Source: Hyperthermus butylicus DSM 5456
GTDB taxonomy: Archaea > Thermoproteota > Thermoprotei_A > Sulfolobales > Pyrodictiaceae
Direction of reading: 5' to 3'
NCBI RefSeq assembly: GCF_000015145.1
Contig: NC_008818.1
Coordinates: 120,001-152,000 of the forward strand
Length of the DNA: 32,000 nt
Below are positions 26,382 to 32,000 of this stretch, in pieces; within the stretch, counting starts at the first letter, position 1, and each line of letters opens with the position of its first letter. A program made the translations under genes and the position numbers. A model generated the notes under the pieces. That model searched no databases, was not told where the DNA came from, and saw nothing but the letters and a program-made list of their open reading frames with translations.

Positions 26382-28535
26382 CTATGTCAATGGTAGTAGT
26401 ACGTAGTAGGTTGCGAGCGAGAATACTGTCGCGAGTGATACCATGTATGCTAGTGCTGCTAGTACGAGCTTGGCGCTCCTAACCTCCTGATACATCACGG
26501 CCAGTGTTGCTAGGCATGGCAGGTAGAGCATCACGAATACGAGCAGAGCCATTGCTTGTGGTGTTGTTAAGCCTAGGCTCTGGAGAGCTTCTACGGGGTC
26601 CTCTGTGCCCTGCATTAGTGCAACAGTCTCTACCAGAGCCTCCTTCGCTATAAAGCCGTTGATAACCGCGAACATTACTCTCCACGCAGTTTCGCGATCC
26701 ATGCCCCACAAGGTCTCGGCTATTGGTGCGAAGTACTTGCCCAGCATGGCGCCATAGCTCTCAGCAGAATTCCCAACCACGCCGCCTGGCCCGTAGCTCA
26801 GCAAGGCCCATGTTACCACGCTCAGTGCGAGGATGATGCCACCAGCCTTCTTTAGGAAGTGTTTGCTATAGTCCCATGTTATCCACCATACAACCCTCCA
26901 GCTCGGCTTGTGTATCGGCGGTATCTCTATCACAAACTCTGGGGCATCCCTCCTCTTGAAGTATAGCCTCCGTACTAGTAGCGCTGTTAACAGGTACACC
27001 AGTATGCCGAGCAGATATGCAGCTAGTACTCCTGCAGCCTGCATCACGGGCGAATGTACGAAGGTTAGCATGAACGCTAGCAGCACCAGCAGGCGTGCCT
27101 GGCACGGTATGAACGGTATGGCTAGTACTGTTTCAATACGCTCCTCCTCCTCTATTGCAGCCCTGCTAGCCATTACGCCCGGCACGTTACAGCCAAAGCT
27201 GATCAGCATCGGGAATAGCGCCTTGCCGCTGAGCCCGAACCTGGCAAATAACCCGTGCATCGCCATAGCTATCCTCGGTGCTACGCCGGAATCCTCCATC
27301 ATTGCTATGACAGCAGATACCAGCATGATTAGCGGGAGGAATGATAATACACTGCCTACACCCGGTATCACCCCATCGGCTAGCAGGCTCACAATCCACT
27401 CCGGGGTCCTCCCAGCTAGTGCTGCCTCGGTAGCGCCTGCTAGCCAGTTGAAGAAGCTGCCCAGCAACCCGCTAATACTATACTCCTCCACCATTGCGGC
27501 GAGGTCCACGTAACCTAGTTCCTCGAATATTATGTTCAGTGGGAACCCGGTGTTAACCGTGAAGATCGCAAGGAATGCTAGGAATAGCAGCGAGAGGCCA
27601 AGCACGGGGCCAAGTATAGGCCTCTGAAAGAGTTCTTCGAGTATCGCTGCTAGCTTCGACTCCGGCCTCTGAACCCGGACAATGGCACCCTTCACCAGCT
27701 TCTCAGCATACTCGAACCTTGCTGACACTGCAGCATCCTCCGGGTTCATGCCACTACTCTTGCGGAAGTGCTCTCTCAGCTCCCTAGCCTTCTCCACGAT
27801 GTCGCCACGGCCGGCCTTCACCAGCAGTTCCTCGAGCCGTGGATCGCCCTCTATGAGGCGTACCGCTAACCACCTAGGATTGTAGTTCTTGAGCGGATTA
27901 TCCCTAGCTATGTGAGCTTCCAGCTCAGCTATGTATGGTTCGAGAACACCATAGTCTATTCTTAGTGGCTCTTTACGCCCCTTCCTCCCCTCAGCAACAT
28001 CAATCAAGGTTCTCATGAGTTCGTCTATTCCCAGCCTCTGTAGCGCCGAGACAGTAACCACGGGTACTCCCAGCTTCTTCTCGAGTTCGTCTACGTGGAT
28101 GTGTATGCCCATGCTATGGGCTAGATCCATCTTGTTAAGGGCTATGACTACTCGTGCTGTTAACTCAAGTATCTGTAGTGCGAGGTAGAGGGTTCTCTCT
28201 GGTGCTGTTGCGTCGGCGATTACGAGTATGACGTCCGGTATGCCAGTGACAATAAACTCCCTAGCTACGACCTCCTCCTGGCTGGAAGCGGAGATGCCAT
28301 AGGTGCCTGGTAAGTCTACAAAGCATATCGTCTTGTCACCATACCTACTCACAGCAGCTTCAAGCTCTACTGTTACACCGGGCCAGTTTGCAACATGGGC
28401 CGTCTTGCCCGTAAGCGTGTTGAACAATGTTGATTTGCCGACATTAGGGTTGCCAACCAATGCTACTACTAGTTTGCAATCCTTTCCTTTTTGAAGCGTC
28501 TTCGTCCCAGATTTATGGCCTATCTGTAGCACCAT
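26382..28535 (-). CDS. feoB: Ferrous iron transport protein B (ORF open to 28589; ATG at 28535 favoured)
   Basis: LVVALVGNPNVGKSTLFNTLTGKTAHVANWPGVTVE (G1/G2), CFVDLPGTYGI, NKMDLA; PLIMLVSAVIAMMEDSGVAPRIAMAM, FGCNVPGVMASR gate motifs; Cys-containing C-terminal helices. Confidence 0.95.
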   Translation of the reverse strand: MVLQIGHKSGTKTLQKGKDCKLVVALVGNPNVGKSTLFNTLTGKTAHVANWPGVTVELEAAVSRYGDKTICFVDLPGTYGISASSQEEVVAREFIVTGIPDVILVIADATAPERTLYLALQILELTARVVIALNKMDLAHSMGIHIHVDELEKKLGVPVVTVSALQRLGIDELMRTLIDVAEGRKGRKEPLRIDYGVLEPYIAELEAHIARDNPLKNYNPRWLAVRLIEGDPRLEELLVKAGRGDIVEKARELREHFRKSSGMNPEDAAVSARFEYAEKLVKGAIVRVQRPESKLAAILEELFQRPILGPVLGLSLLFLAFLAIFTVNTGFPLNIIFEELGYVDLAAMVEEYSISGLLGSFFNWLAGATEAALAGRTPEWIVSLLADGVIPGVGSVLSFLPLIMLVSAVIAMMEDSGVAPRIAMAMHGLFARFGLSGKALFPMLISFGCNVPGVMASRAAIEEEERIETVLAIPFIPCQARLLVLLAFMLTFVHSPVMQAAGVLAAYLLGILVYLLTALLVRRLYFKRRDAPEFVIEIPPIHKPSWRVVWWITWDYSKHFLKKAGGIILALSVVTWALLSYGPGGVVGNSAESYGAMLGKYFAPIAETLWGMDRETAWRVMFAVINGFIAKEALVETVALMQGTEDPVEALQSLGLTTPQAMALLVFVMLYLPCLATLAVMYQEVRSAKLVLAALAYMVSLATVFSLATYYVLLPLT

Positions 28536-28556
28536 GATCTTCTTCACCCGTTTAGA

Positions 28557-28572
28557 TTTAGATATATCTAAA
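28557..28572. promoter_or_regulatory. Perfect 16-bp palindrome TTTAGATATATCTAAA between feoB and the DtxR-family gene; candidate metal-repressor operator
   Basis: TTTAGATATATCTAAA is its own reverse complement; sits 22 nt upstream of the favoured feoB start and directly abuts ctttataagg, a TATA-like box about 35 nt upstream of the regulator gene. Confidence 0.6.
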
Positions 28573-28613
28573 CCTTTATAAGGTGTCAAGATAGTTTTGT
28601 TTAGCAGGGGTAA

Positions 28614-29333
28614 ATGGTGGATTTTCGTAGCAGGCGGGCGGTTGCGGAGAGAAGGAGGCTAACCGGCACCGAAGCAGCAACGACAGCTCTCGAGGACTAC
28701 CTTGTAACTATATACAAGCTCGAGGAGACGCTGGGGGCTGCACGCACGACTCTTATAGCAAAGGAACTTGGGGTTAAGCCAGCTACGGTGTCGAAGATCC
28801 TGACTAAGCTTGAAGCTGAGGGCTACGTAGTGAGGGAGAAGTATCGCGGTGCACGCTTAACGGGGCTCGGTAGGAGGATTGCCGAGCGCATCATCTGGAA
28901 ACACCGTGTGATAGAGAGGTTTCTTCACGACTACGTGGGCCTAGACCCGCTCAGGGCTCACAGATATGCGCACATGATGGAGCATCTCCCCGACGAGATT
29001 ATTGATAGAATCTATGAGAGGCTTGGTAGGCCCGGCACGTGTCCGATGGGCAACCCGATCCCGGGTGCTAAGGTTCCCGAGGAGATACGGAGGGCGGTGC
29101 CGCTCTCAAGCCTCCAGAGCGGTGCATGTGGGAAGATTGTGAGGATAACAATGGCTGTCCATGAGTGGGGCCGTAGGCTCATAGAGCAGGGCATATTTAT
29201 TGGTCGTCGTGTCTGCGTAATCTATGCTGGGCAAAGCCACTTGATAGTAGACGTTGAGGGTATCGGCGAGCGAGAGGTTCCCGTCATGCACGCCTGCCTC
29301 GTATATGTTCTACCAGAAAACAGTGCTAGCTAA
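28614..29333 (+). CDS. DtxR/MntR-family metal-dependent transcriptional regulator with C-terminal FeoA-like (SH3) domain
   Basis: ALEDYLVTIYKLEETLGAARTTLIAKELGVKPATVSKILTKLEAEGYVVREKYRGARLTGLGRRIAERIIWKHRVIERFLHDYVGLDPLRAHRYAHMMEHLPDEIIDRI; C-term GKIVRITMAVHEWGRRLIEQGIFIGRRV..VDVEGIGEREVPV. Confidence 0.92.
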   Translation: MVDFRSRRAVAERRRLTGTEAATTALEDYLVTIYKLEETLGAARTTLIAKELGVKPATVSKILTKLEAEGYVVREKYRGARLTGLGRRIAERIIWKHRVIERFLHDYVGLDPLRAHRYAHMMEHLPDEIIDRIYERLGRPGTCPMGNPIPGAKVPEEIRRAVPLSSLQSGACGKIVRITMAVHEWGRRLIEQGIFIGRRVCVIYAGQSHLIVDVEGIGEREVPVMHACLVYVLPENSAS

Positions 29334-29339
29334 ACGGGG

Positions 29340-29615
29340 GTGCAAGACATCTTGACGGCTATGCCTACGGACACGTCACGTCCGAGAGCGGTCCCGCTAG
29401 TAGCATTACCGCCAGGCTCTAGGGCCCGCATATTAACCGTCACAAACGGAGGCCATGGTGTAAGGATGAGGCTCCTACAAATGGGGCTAACGCCCGGCGC
29501 TGTCGTCGAGATAGTGGAGAACTATGGTAGGGGCCCTATACTCGTAAGGGTTCGCGGCGCCGTCATAGCCCTTGGGCGTGGCTTGGCGGAAAAGGTTCTA
29601 GTAGAGCCCGTCTAG
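29340..29615 (+). CDS. feoA: FeoA-domain protein
   Basis: VPLVALPPGSRARILTVTNGGHGVRMRLLQMGLTPGAVVEIVENYGRGPILVRVRGAVIALGRGLAEKVLVEPV. Confidence 0.88.
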   Translation: MQDILTAMPTDTSRPRAVPLVALPPGSRARILTVTNGGHGVRMRLLQMGLTPGAVVEIVENYGRGPILVRVRGAVIALGRGLAEKVLVEPV

Positions 29616-29621
29616 AAGCCG

Positions 29622-29888
29622 TTGTTAGCGGTGTATGCTCCTTTGAGTGGGGCTGTCGACGAGCTAGCTAGGCTTCTCGAAAAGCTTGGTGCAAAGGTCG
29701 AGGAGCGCAGTGGCCTCATAGTAATACGTGTTGACGGTAAGGGATTCACACTTGCTAGCCTCCCCCGCGAGGTTTTGGAAAAGCTAGCTGTGCTTGAAAG
29801 GTTTGCTGTTGAAGCAGGTGACGGCTACTACTTCTACTTCCGCGGCGAGGATGTGAGGAGGCTTCTCGAAAAGCAGGCTATGGCTTGA
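29622..29888 (+). CDS. Small conserved-looking hypothetical protein of the feo locus
   Basis: 88 aa ORF directly following feoA: VYAPLSGAVDELARLLEKLGAKVEERSGLIVIRVDGKGFTLASLPREVLEKLAVLERFAVEAGDGYYFYFRGEDVRRLLEKQAMA. Confidence 0.6.
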   Translation: MLAVYAPLSGAVDELARLLEKLGAKVEERSGLIVIRVDGKGFTLASLPREVLEKLAVLERFAVEAGDGYYFYFRGEDVRRLLEKQAMA

Positions 29889-31413
29889 GATAATCCTCTA
29901 CCTCTCCCGGCAGCTTGAGGTACTTCCACTCCAGATACTCTATGAGAGGCCCTGCAGTTATCTCTTCGCCCATAACCCTCTTCACAAGCTCCTTCGGCGG
30001 ATAGGTTGCACCCCACTTGTGTATGTTCTCGCCGAGCCATCTGCGCAGCTCTGCTAGCCTCAGCTCTCGCAGCAGCTCCTGGCTGCGGCTCCACAGAGTT
30101 CTCCATATCATTGCTGCTATCACGTTGCCTAGCGTGTAGGTTGGGAAGTAGCCTATACTCCCGTGGCTCCAGTGTATATCCTGTAGCACGCCCTCAGCAG
30201 CATTGCGCGGCCTTACGCCCAGCAGCTCCTCCATCATGTCGTCCCACACCTGGGGCACCTCGTCAACGTTTAGGCTCTGCTCTATCAGCTTCTTCTCTAT
30301 CGTGAACCTGAGGTAGATGTGGAGGTTATAGGTTACCTCGTCGGCGTCAACCCTTATGAGGCCCGGCTTCACAGTGTTAACATACCTATATAGCTCTAGG
30401 AGGGTGTAGTCCCTAGTGTAGCCTATCGTTTTGTCCATCCTCTCTTTGAGCCATGGTATGAACCAGGGGCCACGTCCAACTATGTTCTCCCAGAACCTGG
30501 ACTGGCTCTCGTGCACACCCATGCTGACACCGTGGCCTATTGGTGTGCGTGCTATCCTCGGGTCTATCTGTAGCTCGTAGAGGGCGTGGCCATACTCGTG
30601 CACGAGGCTATACACAGCCCTCTTGATGTCATAGCCCTCGTAGCGCACTGTTATTCTAACATCGTTCATGCCTAGCTCTATGGTGAATGGGTGAGCTGAC
30701 TCATCGAGCCTGCCACGATCCCATGGCCACTCAAAGCCGTTAAGTATTGATTTGAGGAGCTCCCTCGCCCTGGCCACATCGTACTTTGCCTCTTCGAGAG
30801 GGTGATTCTGCGGGTAGAAGCCGCCGCTCAGCACCTTCTCCAGGATCCTTTTGGTTGCGGGGACTAGCTCGGAGAAGATGGCTTCCATGTCGCGTGTCCT
30901 TAGTCCCTCTTCGTAGAGGTCTAGGAGCGCGTCGTAGGGGTGCTCCTCGTAGCCTAACCGTTCAGCCTTCTCCCTCTGTATCTCGACGATCTCCTTTAGA
31001 TATGGCTCGAACATCTTGAAGTCAGCCTTCTTCTTGGCCTCCCTCCAGACCACCGTAGCTTCGCTTGATACCTTTGCCTCCCTCCTAGCTAGCTCCTCCG
31101 GTATGAGCTTCACAATGCGGAGCATCCTCTTCATAACCCTTACAACGCCGCGCTCGTAGTCGTTTAGCTGGTCTAGCCTCTCATTAGCCTTCTCCACAAG
31201 CTTCTCAAGCTCCGGATCCCTGCTGAGCCTATGGAGGAGGCCCTCAAGCTCCTCGAACGCTACTGAGCGGTCCTCTACGCCGCGCGGGGGCATGTATGTC
31301 TCCAGATCCCAGCTCATGAGGCTTAGGGCGTGCTTGAGTGCCCAGAGGACGCGGGTCTTCTCAATTATCTTCTTGACGATCTCGTCCTGGAAGAGATGGG
31401 TCTGCTCGGACAA
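29878..31413 (-). CDS. Thermostable carboxypeptidase, M32 (Taq) family
   Basis: AVYSLVHEYGHALYELQI (HExxH-like, HEYGH), GVHESQSRFWENIVGRG, LRVDADEVTYNLHIYLRF, IHWSHGSIGYFPTYTLGNVIAAM. Confidence 0.94.
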   Translation of the reverse strand: MSEQTHLFQDEIVKKIIEKTRVLWALKHALSLMSWDLETYMPPRGVEDRSVAFEELEGLLHRLSRDPELEKLVEKANERLDQLNDYERGVVRVMKRMLRIVKLIPEELARREAKVSSEATVVWREAKKKADFKMFEPYLKEIVEIQREKAERLGYEEHPYDALLDLYEEGLRTRDMEAIFSELVPATKRILEKVLSGGFYPQNHPLEEAKYDVARARELLKSILNGFEWPWDRGRLDESAHPFTIELGMNDVRITVRYEGYDIKRAVYSLVHEYGHALYELQIDPRIARTPIGHGVSMGVHESQSRFWENIVGRGPWFIPWLKERMDKTIGYTRDYTLLELYRYVNTVKPGLIRVDADEVTYNLHIYLRFTIEKKLIEQSLNVDEVPQVWDDMMEELLGVRPRNAAEGVLQDIHWSHGSIGYFPTYTLGNVIAAMIWRTLWSRSQELLRELRLAELRRWLGENIHKWGATYPPKELVKRVMGEEITAGPLIEYLEWKYLKLPGEVEDYLKP

Positions 31414-31524
31414 AGGGGGTCTCCTCCGCTCGTTCCCGGGCTGGGCCTTGTGGGTTTTTGGTGTTTCCGCGACAGGTATTAGATGGGTTGCAGAAGCCTA
31501 GGTCATGCCTAGGTGTAGCAGTAA

Positions 31525-32000
31525 ATGGTTAAGCCTCGTAGGTCACGTAGGCATAGTATCTTACTTGTAGCTGGTGTACTAGCTGTCGTAGTTGGTGTTG
31601 TAGCAATGTTCATGACGTATTTTCGGGGAGGAGGTGGCAGCGCCGAATTCTGCCTGGGTGATGGGCCAGCTGTAGCGGTAGTCTACGTGGATGGCCAGGA
31701 AAAACTTGCAGAAGAGCTCAAAAGGTATCTCGAACTCCAGCTAGCCGGGCATATCAGTGGTGCTAGATACTGTACCATAGAGGCGTCAAAGTTTGGAGAC
31801 GAGTTTAGGGTGTATCCGGTCATACTTGTGAAAGCCCAGAACATTAGCAGCCAGCTCGCCTCAATACTCCTAAACACTACGGTGAAGGATGGCTGGAGGC
31901 CAGTGAGGCTAGACTATACAGCGGCTTTTGCAGCCCAAATAGCAGTACAGCTCGGCGTCAAAGGCCCAGTGTACCGTAATACTGCGACGCTACTCGTAGT
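31525..32000 (+). CDS. Secreted/membrane-anchored protein of unknown function, runs off the window end
   Basis: Open from ATG 31525: MVKPRRSRRHSILLVAGVLAVVVGVVAMFMTYFRGGGGSAEFCLGDGPAVAVVYVDGQEKLAEELKRYLELQLAGHISGARYCTIEASKFGDEFRVYPVILVKAQNISSQLAS... with no stop to 32000. Confidence 0.6.
   Translation, partial: MVKPRRSRRHSILLVAGVLAVVVGVVAMFMTYFRGGGGSAEFCLGDGPAVAVVYVDGQEKLAEELKRYLELQLAGHISGARYCTIEASKFGDEFRVYPVILVKAQNISSQLASILLNTTVKDGWRPVRLDYTAAFAAQIAVQLGVKGPVYRNTATLLV

Noticed and set aside
28536-28589. N-terminal extension of FeoB to 28589
   Set aside because: The peptide MTPYKGLDISKSKRVKKI precedes a better start at 28535 and would place the palindromic operator and TATA-like region inside the gene.
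1-32000. CRISPR array or cas genes
   Set aside because: No regularly spaced direct repeats and no Cas-like proteins were seen.

Overview
The window reads as a chromosomal segment of a hyperthermophilic crenarchaeon. This is inferred from gene content and codon style (Desulfurococcales/Pyrodictiaceae-like); I ran no database search. Left to right it holds: an anaerobic ribonucleotide reductase cluster (nrdD, a P-loop nucleotide kinase-like gene, nrdG, minus strand); tRNA-Gly(GCC); a class III signal peptide (pilin-like) small protein plus a ~950 aa pilin-anchored adhesin-like protein; a secreted helical protein followed by a decayed or frameshifted tail; tRNA-Glu(TTC); an eight-CBS-domain stand-alone protein; a split PH-like membrane protein; a VapBC-like pair whose toxin is split by an apparent 1-nt frameshift; a two-gene cassette resembling di-myo-inositol-phosphate (compatible solute) synthesis; an ADP-forming acyl-CoA synthetase ATP-grasp subunit; malic enzyme; sdhA-C-D-B; two-subunit fumarase; a SAM hydroxide adenosyltransferase (DUF62); a feo iron-transport locus with a divergent DtxR regulator and a perfect 16-bp palindrome between them; an M32 carboxypeptidase; and a partial secreted/membrane ORF. 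I found no CRISPR array, no transposase and no clear defence island. The most promising undescribed signals are (1) an unusually structured, GC-rich intergenic region at about 24.6-25.07 kb, a candidate ncRNA, with an adjacent perfect 12-bp stem hairpin at 25149-25192; (2) the pilin-like/adhesin/helical protein surface locus; (3) the DtxR palindrome and the extended feo locus with an extra 88-aa protein; and (4) two separate genes broken by an apparent single missing nucleotide.
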